From contig CACPJC010000002.1 of assembly GCA_902634185.1 (NCBI GenBank), forward strand, positions 32,001 through 96,000: a stretch of DNA of 64,000 bases, given 5' to 3'. The DNA is from an uncultured Candidatus Actinomarina sp. Lineage in GTDB: Bacteria; Actinomycetota; Acidimicrobiia; Actinomarinales; Actinomarinaceae. Made by a program: the position numbers and the translations under genes. Below, piece by piece: positions 40,783 through 49,899 of this stretch. The stretch's first letter is position 1; each line of letters starts with the position of its first letter. The notes beneath the pieces were generated by a model that saw nothing but the letters and a program-made list of their open reading frames with translations, was not told the DNA's origin and did not search any database.

Positions 40783-41851
40783 GCATGTTCAAATATTTTT
40801 CATAATTTTTATCTTGATTCCAAAAATTTTTATAAAAATTTGATCTTCCTAAGTTTAATACTTCTTTTTTAAAGTCGTTAAAACCTTCAATATCCTCAAA
40901 TGAATCATTAAAAATAATATCTAATACTTTCTTAAATCCAGTAACACTTTTATCATTGTTTATCAAAATATCTAATGGTTCTTGGAATCTCTCATTGTAA
41001 GAAAATTTAATTCCTGGATTTCTTGCAACTCTAAATAGTTGATCTTTAACTTCTGTATTTGAGAATCGATCATTTATAGTATTTTTAAATTTAGTTAATT
41101 CCTCTATTTCATCTTTACCAAGCAAAAATATACTTTCTAAAATTTCCAGAGATATTTGATCTATAAATATTTTTGAAGCATCATTTTGATATAACTCGTG
41201 CATATATTCATATTTTTCTGATAGTCCATAATAAGCAAGACACAAATGAAGGCCATTTAACATCCATAGCTTTTTTTTAAATTCATAATCATATTCACCT
41301 TGCTTTATAACGCCTGATGGTTTCAAAGGTAATGGGCCCTCTTTATCAAATACAATTGAACCATACTCTTCAACGTAAACATCCAAGTTATCTTTTGACT
41401 GTAAAGGAATAATTTTATCGATGACTACATCAATGAAAGTAATATTTTTGTTATCAATATCTGACTCGTTTTTTGCAGTTGTAGAAGCTCTGTATTTATT
41501 TTCAAATGCAACAAAATTTATACTTTTAGGGAGATCTAAATTAGATATCAAGTATAAAACACTATTTACATACTGTGGTCCAACCGATGTAGATACAAAA
41601 TCACAGTTACTAATTAATGATTGAATTTCGCTGGAGTCAGATAGATTCAGTGCTTTTATATTTGAGACCTTGATGCTTTCTTTACTAGATCCAATAAAAT
41701 TTACACTATATTCTTGGTTTGTATTTAATTTATTTACAAGATCAGAATCTACATCAACTAAAACTACTTCGTAGCCATTTTCCTGAAGTATGGGTGTTAT
41801 GAAGCCTCTTCCTATGTTGCCAGCGCCAAAATGTAATGCAGTTTTAGGCAT
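40772..41851 (-). CDS. mtlD: Mannitol-1-phosphate 5-dehydrogenase
   Basis: ALHFGAGNIGRGFI, KLWMLNGLH, RFSN, RVARNP..K. Confidence 0.92.
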   Translation of the reverse strand: MPKTALHFGAGNIGRGFITPILQENGYEVVLVDVDSDLVNKLNTNQEYSVNFIGSSKESIKVSNIKALNLSDSSEIQSLISNCDFVSTSVGPQYVNSVLYLISNLDLPKSINFVAFENKYRASTTAKNESDIDNKNITFIDVVIDKIIPLQSKDNLDVYVEEYGSIVFDKEGPLPLKPSGVIKQGEYDYEFKKKLWMLNGLHLCLAYYGLSEKYEYMHELYQNDASKIFIDQISLEILESIFLLGKDEIEELTKFKNTINDRFSNTEVKDQLFRVARNPGIKFSYNERFQEPLDILINNDKSVTGFKKVLDIIFNDSFEDIEGFNDFKKEVLNLGRSNFYKNFWNQDKNYEKYLNMLGG

Positions 41852-42294
41852 TATTCACTGCTAAGTATCGTGAATAGCTCATCTACTGAATCTGTTCTCC
41901 ATAGTTTTTGTGCATCTTCTTCTGATTCAAGAGCATCACTTAATGATGCTAGTACATTCATATGTTCATCACTATTTGCTGCAATTGCTATGACTATGTA
42001 AACTTTTTCATCAAGCCAATCTACTCCATTAGGTATTTGTAATACACTAATACCGGTGTTTTTGATATGTTTAAACCCATCTGACATTCCATGAGGTATT
42101 GCAACTCCTGCTCCTGGAAGATAAGTTGTATATGGATGTTCTAAGACTTTTTCTTTCATTGATTCGATATATTCTTGTTCAATATACCCATTATCTAACA
42201 ACAATTTTCCAGCTATATCAATACTTTCATTTAGATCATTGAAATTTTGATCTACCAATATGGATTCTTTAATTAATACTGGTTTAGATGTCAT
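41851..42294 (-). CDS. mtlF: PTS EIIA, mannitol/fructose family
   Basis: TTYL..GVAIPHG, QIPNGVDW, IAA..DEH. Confidence 0.9.
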   Translation of the reverse strand: MTSKPVLIKESILVDQNFNDLNESIDIAGKLLLDNGYIEQEYIESMKEKVLEHPYTTYLPGAGVAIPHGMSDGFKHIKNTGISVLQIPNGVDWLDEKVYIVIAIAANSDEHMNVLASLSDALESEEDAQKLWRTDSVDELFTILSSE

Positions 42295-42611
42295 GTAGAA
42301 GTTATGGTGTTTCCTTCTGCCAAGTCTTTAATTAGTTTATTCAAAGATGGATCATTCATGAACATTATGTATTGAATTAACACTGCATTATCAGGTGCAG
42401 ACTGCTTAGCAACTCCAGCCAATCCTTGATGTGTCACAACAATATCTGTATCGCTTGGTATTTGTGTGGCTGGAGAGTGAACGATTTCAACTTCCAAACC
42501 AGCTTTCTTTGCTTTCTTAATAAGACTGTTCTTTACCATTAAACTTGATCCGGCTCCTGCTTCACAGGCTAAACATATTTTTTTTACATCCGCCGCTTCG
42601 ATTGAACTCAT
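42291..42611 (-). CDS. Stand-alone PTS EIIB, mannitol type
   Basis: ACEAGAGSSLM phospho-Cys motif; SD GAAAGGA before ATG 42611. Confidence 0.88.
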   Translation of the reverse strand: MSSIEAADVKKICLACEAGAGSSLMVKNSLIKKAKKAGLEVEIVHSPATQIPSDTDIVVTHQGLAGVAKQSAPDNAVLIQYIMFMNDPSLNKLIKDLAEGNTITST

Positions 42612-42623
42612 TGTATTCCTTTC

Positions 42624-42661
42624 AAAAAAAATTGGCTTGGAAGTCTCCTCCCAAGCCAATT
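42624..42661 (-). terminator. Intrinsic terminator-like hairpin between EIIC and EIIB
   Basis: AATTGGCTTGG-10nt-CCAAGCCAATT followed by a T-run on the minus strand. Confidence 0.75.
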
Positions 42662-42682
42662 ATAACTAATTTTTTTTAGTTC

Positions 42683-43750
42683 TTATACATCAACTCCTGG
42701 AATTGAAGTATCGATAGCTTCGTCGACTCCAGCGTCTGTTTCTTTAATTGGTCGAACTCTCAATAAGATCGTTCCAACTACTGCAGCTGCAACAGCTCCA
42801 ATAGCAACACCAATCAGAACATTCGCACCACCACTTCTAGGTAACATTGCTAAGTATGCAAAAATACTACCCGGTGATGGAGGTCCAATAAGACCAGCGT
42901 CTGTGGCTACCCACCATAGATCGGCAGAAATTCCACCAGCCCACATTGCAACGATCATAATTGGATGACCTAATACATATGGGAAGTAAATTTCATGAAT
43001 TCCACCGAAGAAATGAATAATTATAGAACCCGGTGCTGATTGTTTCCACATTCCAGTTCCTGCAATGTAGTATGCAATAAGCAATCCTAGACCTGGTCCA
43101 GGATTTGATTCAAGCATGTAATATATTGACTTTCCTTCTTCTGCAGCTTGTGCAGCTCCAAGAGGTGTCAACACACCGTGGTTCACAGCATTGTTTAAGA
43201 ACAACACTTTTGCAACTTCAATAGGTATGTCAGCTAAAGGAACTAGACCGGCATCAACGATACCAGCAGCAAAGTTTCCTAAGCCGTCTGCAATTGCTTG
43301 GAGAATGTTTGCAAGAAATGAATAAACAAATACTGCAAGTCCCCAACCAAGGATACCTGATGAGAAGTTGTCATATAACATCTCAAAACCTTCCGGTACA
43401 TTATCACGGAGTCTTGCATCAAGTTCTTTAAGAACTTTTGCTGCTCCAGGTCCAACTAACATAGCACCAAAGAATTGTGGACTGTCTGTTCCGACAATAG
43501 CTGCCATTGTGACAACTGCGCCGATAACTCCACCTCTGTGGCCATATATCATTTTTCCACCGGTATAACCGATTAATAATGGGAGAAGGTTCACAATCAT
43601 TGGTCCGACCATGGAGAACAAATCTCCATTTGGTACCCAGCCATTTTCATGGTACAGGGATGTAATTAATCCCCAAGCGATGAAGGCACCAATGTTAGGA
43701 ATAACCATTCCTGACGCAGCACCACCAACGCGTTGTATGAATTCTTTCAT
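42683..43750 (-). CDS. mtlA: Stand-alone PTS EIIC, mannitol family
   Basis: SGMVIPNIGAFIAWGLITS, AKVLFLNNAVNHG, ESNPGPGLG, HFFGGIHEIYFPYVL. Confidence 0.93.
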   Translation of the reverse strand: MKEFIQRVGGAASGMVIPNIGAFIAWGLITSLYHENGWVPNGDLFSMVGPMIVNLLPLLIGYTGGKMIYGHRGGVIGAVVTMAAIVGTDSPQFFGAMLVGPGAAKVLKELDARLRDNVPEGFEMLYDNFSSGILGWGLAVFVYSFLANILQAIADGLGNFAAGIVDAGLVPLADIPIEVAKVLFLNNAVNHGVLTPLGAAQAAEEGKSIYYMLESNPGPGLGLLIAYYIAGTGMWKQSAPGSIIIHFFGGIHEIYFPYVLGHPIMIVAMWAGGISADLWWVATDAGLIGPPSPGSIFAYLAMLPRSGGANVLIGVAIGAVAAAVVGTILLRVRPIKETDAGVDEAIDTSIPGVDV

Positions 43751-43769
43751 ATTTTTTCAATCCCCCTTT

Positions 43770-43825
43770 AGATTGATCAATCTGTCACTCTTTGTAACAA
43801 ATATGTGACATTGGTAATATCACAT
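43770..43825. promoter_or_regulatory. Cluster of candidate operators upstream of mtlA
   Basis: Perfect palindrome AGATTGATCAATCT (43770-43783); GTCAC-n5-GTAAC-n6-GTGAC (43784-43809); ATGTGA-n11-TCACAT (43803-43825). Confidence 0.5.
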
Positions 43826-43962
43826 ACTCTAATTATAAAAAATAAAACTTTGCCTTTCATACGTCTTCAAAAATTTTTTATTTATAAGTTGTAACTTTGG
43901 ATTAAGTTGGCAGTCATTTAAACCTAATTTTCGCTTATAATTTAATGAAATAGGAGGTTTAA

Positions 43963-44556
43963 ATGGATGTTGAATCAACAATGTTACCGTTAGGAACGAA
44001 AATGCCAAGCTTTAATTTACTAGGCATTGACGGTGAAATGTATGCAAGTGAAATGTTTGATGGAAAAAAAGGTTCTCTTGTGATGTTTATATGCAATCAT
44101 TGTCCTTTTGTTAAGCACGTTAATGAAGAGATAGTAAATTTAAGCAATGAAATAATGGGAAACGATATCGGTGTAATAGGGATTAATTCAAATGACAGTA
44201 GTCAAGAAAAATATGCAGAAGATAGCATTGATAAAATGAGAGAGTATGCAGATAACTTAGGATACAATTTTCCATATGTTGTTGATGAAGATCAATCTGT
44301 TGCAAAAAATTTTACGGCGCAATGTACACCTGATTTTTTTCTTTTTGATAGTGATCAAAATCTTGTTTATAGAGGTCAACTTGATGGCTCTAGACCTGGC
44401 AACGATGTGCCAACAAATGGGGAAAGCCTAAGAAGCGCTATTCAGGCCTTGTTAAAAAATGAAGATCCAATCTCTGAGCAACTTCCAAGTATGGGGTGCA
44501 ACATTAAATGGAGAGTGGGCGAAGAGCCGGATTATTTTTTGAAAGTAAAAGGTTAA
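43963..44556 (+). CDS. Thioredoxin-fold AhpC/TSA (peroxiredoxin-like) protein
   Basis: FICNHCPFV, AQCTPDFF, YRGQLD, SMGCNIKW; SD AGGAGG. Confidence 0.9.
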   Translation: MDVESTMLPLGTKMPSFNLLGIDGEMYASEMFDGKKGSLVMFICNHCPFVKHVNEEIVNLSNEIMGNDIGVIGINSNDSSQEKYAEDSIDKMREYADNLGYNFPYVVDEDQSVAKNFTAQCTPDFFLFDSDQNLVYRGQLDGSRPGNDVPTNGESLRSAIQALLKNEDPISEQLPSMGCNIKWRVGEEPDYFLKVKG

Positions 44557-45077
44557 TCTAAATCTTGAATCTGAATAAAAAGTCTTCTTGGACGCGCACA
44601 ATCTAATTCAACAAAAAAGAGACGTTGCCATCTTCCTAAAATAATTTCAGAATCTACAACAGGTAAAGAAACTGAGGTTGAACCAATAATAGAACCTCTT
44701 ACGTGAGATCTCCCATTTACATTTTCATCTTCTTGCATGTTTTCTGTTCTTAAATCCCAATCATCATGCTCGTAGTATGAATCTGAAGGTATGAGTTCTT
44801 CTAATTTTCTTTTAAAGTCATTAATGTACCCTGTTTCGGATTCGTTAATAATTATTGCTGTAGTTGTATGTGGGGTTGATATTGTTACGGAACCATGTGA
44901 AACTTTTGAAGCTAAAATTAAGTTTTGAATATTTTCAGTAAAATCACAGAACTGATTTGTTTCCTGTGTATCAAAATGTAAAGCGTAAGTTGCAGATTTG
45001 TTTGATGTTGATTTGTTAAGTTCTACCAAATCAGATTTAACAACATCTGCACCAATTCTTTGATTAGGTTTTTTCAT
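44553..45077 (-). CDS. yjbQ: YjbQ/UPF0047 family protein
   Basis: PHTTTAIIINE, YEHD, NGRSH, LGRWQRLFFVELD. Confidence 0.9.
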   Translation of the reverse strand: MKKPNQRIGADVVKSDLVELNKSTSNKSATYALHFDTQETNQFCDFTENIQNLILASKVSHGSVTISTPHTTTAIIINESETGYINDFKRKLEELIPSDSYYEHDDWDLRTENMQEDENVNGRSHVRGSIIGSTSVSLPVVDSEIILGRWQRLFFVELDCARPRRLFIQIQDLD

Positions 45078-45127
45078 AGTAAACTCAAATTTTATAATAA
45101 CAATTTGATAATTTATTCAGTATTTAT

Positions 45128-46336
45128 TCAACTATTTTGTGATAACCAATACTTATAAAGCTGATTGTCGGTTATATCGATATTCTCAATCTCAATTGGT
45201 TCACCTTTTTTAACTTCAGAGTTCACGATATTGTTCTCGGCTATACCTAATGGAGCAAGATTTTTTGAATTTTCTACTCTCATGGCCTTTCCATATATAT
45301 TTTCTCCGCCGATTGAACCAAGATTTGTTCCAGCTTTTAGATCTTTTTTTGAATGCGCAACCACTTCAACGTTCCATTTTTTTGCACTTAGTTGTGTTTC
45401 TTTCTCAACCATTAACTTCATGATTGTTCTTGGAATCTCTAAGCTTGTTAAGTGATAAGGTCTATATAAAGTCCAGTATGGACCTTTTCCCATTTTTAAA
45501 TACTCCATTTCATAATTTACATAATCATCTTCTGAATAAACTATTGCAAAAACACCTGGTGCTACCCCAAACGCAAAATCAACAACATTTGTATTTTCTA
45601 GTATCCCTCCAGATGTTTTAGGAATAAAAATAGAATTTAGTTCATCATAAGTAGAGTTAGGTCCGTGCATTCCATCAATATCAATATCAAAATCAAGATA
45701 ATTTGCTAACGCTGCCATCTCAATCATTGTTTTACTGCCATCAACAAAGCTTGTTAGCATATAGGGGTTCATTTTCTTTTCTTTGGCTTCTTTTTCAAGA
45801 TCCATTGGAGTTTTAAAGACATCAAAAGGATTATTCTTACCTTTACCAATTGCAACTACATCGAGGGAAATTTCTCTTGCAAAATTAAATAACTCAACTG
45901 CTGCAACTGGTTCATCTCCATCTCCAACAGTCACGATGGTGTTGTTTTTCTCTGCCTCTCTATTTAAAGCTAAACCTATCGTTGCTTCTGTCTCGACATT
46001 TAATAAAATCAAATTAATGTTTCTATTTAAAACCTTAAATGCAACTTCAGCTCCTGAGGAAGGTGTTCCTGTTGCTTCTATGACTATATCTAAATCCTGA
46101 TCATCGAGTGAATCAAGATTAGTTGAAATTGTAATATTATTTTTCTGGTTGTATTTGCTTCGAGCCATATCTAATTTGTTTTCGTTTTTGTCAACAATTA
46201 GAACAAGATCTGTATCTGGCATTTTGTTGATTTGAGTGACAATACCCTGACCCATTTGTCCAGCACCAACTAAGGCAACTTTTGTTTTTTTACCTCTTTC
46301 TTGAACAAAATCTGAATATCTATCTAATAAACTCAT
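45128..46336 (-). CDS. NAD(P)-dependent oxidoreductase with C-terminal SAF domain (homoserine dehydrogenase-like, COG4091 type)
   Basis: VGAGQMGQG, EATG, NVETE, GDEP, SFVDGSKTMIEM, YRPYHL, KKDLKAG. Confidence 0.85.
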   Translation of the reverse strand: MSLLDRYSDFVQERGKKTKVALVGAGQMGQGIVTQINKMPDTDLVLIVDKNENKLDMARSKYNQKNNITISTNLDSLDDQDLDIVIEATGTPSSGAEVAFKVLNRNINLILLNVETEATIGLALNREAEKNNTIVTVGDGDEPVAAVELFNFAREISLDVVAIGKGKNNPFDVFKTPMDLEKEAKEKKMNPYMLTSFVDGSKTMIEMAALANYLDFDIDIDGMHGPNSTYDELNSIFIPKTSGGILENTNVVDFAFGVAPGVFAIVYSEDDYVNYEMEYLKMGKGPYWTLYRPYHLTSLEIPRTIMKLMVEKETQLSAKKWNVEVVAHSKKDLKAGTNLGSIGGENIYGKAMRVENSKNLAPLGIAENNIVNSEVKKGEPIEIENIDITDNQLYKYWLSQNS

Positions 46337-47013
46337 TTATTTCCATACTCTTCTAGTTTTAATTTAATAGTTTCTAGATCTTCTTTATATGTTATTTTCA
46401 GATTGAGGTCAGAGCCTAAAATAACTTTTGATTCAATATTCAAATTTTTTGAAACTTGTTGAGTTGTATCGTGTGAAATCATTTCATCTTCAACATTAAT
46501 AAGGTAGGCCTTTTCTAAAATTTCATATTCAAATATTTGGGGAGTTTGAATTTCAACAAGATTATCTTTTAAAAGCTTTTGCGATGTTTTACTGTATAGG
46601 CTGGTCTCTATGTAAGGAGAGCAAGATCCATGTGTTTTTGCTTCTGTAATTAGTTCCTTCAATAAGTCTTCTGGTAGAAAAGATCTTGCACAATCATGAA
46701 TTGCAACTAAATCATTATTATCTACGTCCATTAATTTTAAAGTATTTAGAGCAAAAATCTCGCTTTCTTGTCTTGTCTTGCCTCCTAGAATTAATTCAAA
46801 TTTCTTATCAATTACATATGAATTTAGAATTTCTTTTGTTTTTTCTATATTGGTTTCATTACAAACAATAACTATTGAGTCGATATCGTCACAGTTTAAA
46901 AAAGTTTCGATTGGATATCTAATAAGCTCTTTATCTTTGTATAAAGCAAATAGTTTATCTGACTCAAATCTTTCACTTAAGCCAGCTGCAAGCAGTATTC
47001 CAAAAACTTTCAA
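46333..47013 (-). CDS. IspD/TarI-family cytidylyltransferase with a shortened arm region
   Basis: LLAAGLSERF..DK, GGKTRQES, HDCAR, QTPQ, NLKITYKED; no DTxK or DR arm motifs. Confidence 0.85.
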   Translation of the reverse strand: MKVFGILLAAGLSERFESDKLFALYKDKELIRYPIETFLNCDDIDSIVIVCNETNIEKTKEILNSYVIDKKFELILGGKTRQESEIFALNTLKLMDVDNNDLVAIHDCARSFLPEDLLKELITEAKTHGSCSPYIETSLYSKTSQKLLKDNLVEIQTPQIFEYEILEKAYLINVEDEMISHDTTQQVSKNLNIESKVILGSDLNLKITYKEDLETIKLKLEEYGNK

Positions 47014-47020
47014 TATATTT

Positions 47021-48634
47021 TTATGATATGAGTTTTCTTAAACTTTGAGAATCTGTTGAAGAAAGAATTTCCTCTTTTTTTATATGGGATAAATTTTCTT
47101 TTGCATGAATAAGTGAATTGATTATCTTTGGTCCTTGAGATGGAGCAATACTAAATACTCTAAGTCCAAGTAGGTATAAGATAATTGATGAGTCTTTATC
47201 CGAAGCCATATCTCCACATACAGAGACTTCGATATCATTCTTAAGTCCATTATCGATTACATTACTAATTAGTCTAAGTACAGACACATCAAGAGGGTCT
47301 TGATATTTGTTTAGTGTGGAAAGACCCCGATCAGCTGCATATGTGTATTGAATTAAGTCATTAGTTCCTATTGAAAAGAAATCAACATGTTGAATGTATT
47401 GATCAGTATTTAATGCAACAGAGGGTGTTTCAACCATTATCCCTAAAGGAGGTGGGTTAACATTTAATTTTTTAGATTCATCTGTGACTATTTTTTTAGC
47501 ATCCAGAAAATCATCAAGAATAGAAACCATTGGAAACATTATTTTTACTTTTTCTATCAGATCTGAACTAAGAATTGAAATTATTTGTTCTCTAAAAAGA
47601 TCTTTTTCATCTAAAGAATATCTTATTCCTCTTACCCCAAGAAATGGGTTTTCTTCTTTAGGTAAATTTAAATATGGAACTTGTTTGTCGCCACCTATGT
47701 CTAAAGTTCTAAAAACAATAGTGTTAGAAAATTTTGTATTTAATTCATTATTAATTTCTATTTGTTCTTTTAATGTAGGTTTTGAGGATCTATCAATATA
47801 CACAAATTCAGATCTAAATAGGCCAACTGATTTTATATGGTCATCATTAAAAGCATTTATCTCTTCACTGCTACCTATATTTGCTCTAAGTTCAATACCT
47901 AAGTCTTTGATTGAATCTTGATTATATGACTCTCTTAATTTGTTTATTTTATTCAAACCTTCTTCAACTTTTTTGAGAACATCCGATGTTGGATCTAAGA
48001 AAATTTCTCCTGTATCTCCATCTAATACAACACTTTTATTAAAATCTGTATCGATTTTTGTAATATCAAAATTTATCACACAGGGTATTCCTAAATTTTT
48101 AGCAACAATTACAGCATGAGATGTAGGTCCTGCATTGGATACAACGAAACCCTTTACTTTTGTGAGGTCTATAGATGAAGTATCATTTGGTGTTAAATCA
48201 TCAGCGAAAATAATTACATCCTCATTTAAATTTTTATCTATAACAATATCCTGCATTGTAAAAATGATTTCTTTACCTAAAGAAATTATGTCTTCGGCTC
48301 TTTGTTTAAAATACTCATCTTCAAAACTAAGCATTTGATCTGATATGTCTTTAAAAACTTGAAAAACCTCTAAAAGATTTTGGTCTTCATCGACCATTTC
48401 AACTATCTCAGGGTCATTTATTAGCAGACGATATGCATCTAAAACTTTTGATTCATCTTCTCTGTTTTCTTTTTCTAGTTCACTAATAAGCTGTTCATAT
48501 CGCATATCTAATTTGCTTTGACTTTCTTTAAAACTCAGCTTCTTAGGAATTGAAAAATCTATTTCATTATTAATAACGTAAAATTTACCAAGACCAATAC
48601 CGGGAGAAACTCCTGATCCTTTGTAAGTGTCCAT
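47021..48634 (-). CDS. ptsI: PTS enzyme I
   Basis: GPTSHAVI, GLFRSEF, RTLDIGGDK, ENPFLGVRGIR, SIGTNDL, VCGDMA. Confidence 0.96.
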   Translation of the reverse strand: MDTYKGSGVSPGIGLGKFYVINNEIDFSIPKKLSFKESQSKLDMRYEQLISELEKENREDESKVLDAYRLLINDPEIVEMVDEDQNLLEVFQVFKDISDQMLSFEDEYFKQRAEDIISLGKEIIFTMQDIVIDKNLNEDVIIFADDLTPNDTSSIDLTKVKGFVVSNAGPTSHAVIVAKNLGIPCVINFDITKIDTDFNKSVVLDGDTGEIFLDPTSDVLKKVEEGLNKINKLRESYNQDSIKDLGIELRANIGSSEEINAFNDDHIKSVGLFRSEFVYIDRSSKPTLKEQIEINNELNTKFSNTIVFRTLDIGGDKQVPYLNLPKEENPFLGVRGIRYSLDEKDLFREQIISILSSDLIEKVKIMFPMVSILDDFLDAKKIVTDESKKLNVNPPPLGIMVETPSVALNTDQYIQHVDFFSIGTNDLIQYTYAADRGLSTLNKYQDPLDVSVLRLISNVIDNGLKNDIEVSVCGDMASDKDSSIILYLLGLRVFSIAPSQGPKIINSLIHAKENLSHIKKEEILSSTDSQSLRKLIS

Positions 48635-48704
48635 AGAGTAAAGTTAGTGAAATATTTTTATATTGCAATACTTCTTAGTTGTTAAAGATTGTATCTTTGT
48701 ATTA

Positions 48705-49070
48705 ATGGAAATATTAGAAATTATTATTGATAAAAAATTGTTATCTTCTAAAGATATTGAGGAGCTTGGAATAGTTGAAAATCAATGCTTAAAGCTTGTT
48801 AACTTTAAAAACAGTAGTGATTTAACAGTTGATGATGAAGTTCTTGAAAATTTTGATTGTGTCGTAACTGCAAATGAATTAGGCAGTGCAATCAAAAAAA
48901 TTTCAGATGGAAAAATTGTTGAACATCTGAATAGAGAAAACTATAAAAAACTTACTTATCCATTGTTTCTAAAAAGTGAAACTTTTTTAAAGTTCTTGAA
49001 GGAAAATAATTCAGAATGGAATATGATTAAATTCTTAGAAAATCATACTTTTTCGATTAATCAGATTTAA
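48705..49070 (+). CDS. Non-catalytic IspD-like fragment protein (arm region only)
   Basis: VVTANELGSAIKKISDGKIVEHLNRENYKKLTYPLFL aligns by eye to the IspD arm (APVRDTMKR...HTVDRNGLWHALTPQFF); no N-terminal AAGxGxR. Confidence 0.55.
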   Translation: MEILEIIIDKKLLSSKDIEELGIVENQCLKLVNFKNSSDLTVDDEVLENFDCVVTANELGSAIKKISDGKIVEHLNRENYKKLTYPLFLKSETFLKFLKENNSEWNMIKFLENHTFSINQI

Positions 49071-49899
49071 TCCTTGAATCATAAATCACTTGGGATATTC
49101 CGACAAAAATAATAAGAACAAAACCTATTAACTGGCTTAGAGATATTACTTCATCTAATAAAATAATCCCTAAAATAACTCCAGAAGTTGGCTCTAAATA
49201 GGTAATGGTGCTTACGGATAAAGGTTTAATAATTTTTACTACATACCAATATGTTGTAAGGCCTATGGCTGTTAAAAAAATTCCAAGAAAAAGACTTATG
49301 CCTATATTCTCTATCATCCATCCAAAGCCTTGAGTTGTAAAATAAAGCATCACGAATCCTGCAGAAATCAATTGTGCAAATGCAATATTTAAACCGCCAA
49401 ATACAGATGTATAATATTCGCCAATTGTTATCAAAAAAGATAAACTTATTGCACTTAAAATCCCAAAAATTAATCCACTTATCGAATTGATAGATCTAAC
49501 CTCTAGCAAAATTATCAAGCCACTAAATCCAATTAAAATAATTAAAATTTGAATTATTGTTAATTTCTTTCCACGAATTCTTTCAATAATTAGAACAAAA
49601 ATAGGATAAGAAAAAACTAAACCTATTCCAACGGCTACGCTATTTCTATCTATAGATTCAAACATTGTTGCCCAGTGGATCGCTAACAAAGGTCCTAAAA
49701 TTAATCCTGGCTTAATTAAAGCTTTAAAATTTACTTTTTTGTTGATAAAGAATAATGAAAGAAAAATAGAGCCGATAAATGTTCTTATTCCCACGAGACT
49801 TAATGGGCTTATATCAGTGGTTTTGATAATTATGGGTATGGTTCCCCATGAAATAGCTAAAACTGTTATTGCAGCGTAAGCTCCAAAAGTTTTATTCAC
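49057..49899 (-). CDS. EamA/DMT transporter
   Basis: About 10 TMs, SWG, YPIF, YLEP repeats. Confidence 0.88.
   Translation of the reverse strand: MNKTFGAYAAITVLAISWGTIPIIIKTTDISPLSLVGIRTFIGSIFLSLFFINKKVNFKALIKPGLILGPLLAIHWATMFESIDRNSVAVGIGLVFSYPIFVLIIERIRGKKLTIIQILIILIGFSGLIILLEVRSINSISGLIFGILSAISLSFLITIGEYYTSVFGGLNIAFAQLISAGFVMLYFTTQGFGWMIENIGISLFLGIFLTAIGLTTYWYVVKIIKPLSVSTITYLEPTSGVILGIILLDEVISLSQLIGFVLIIFVGISQVIYDSRIKSD

Noticed and set aside
43805-43824. CRP site upstream of mtlA
   Set aside because: The TGTGA and TCACA half-sites are 11 nt apart rather than 6.
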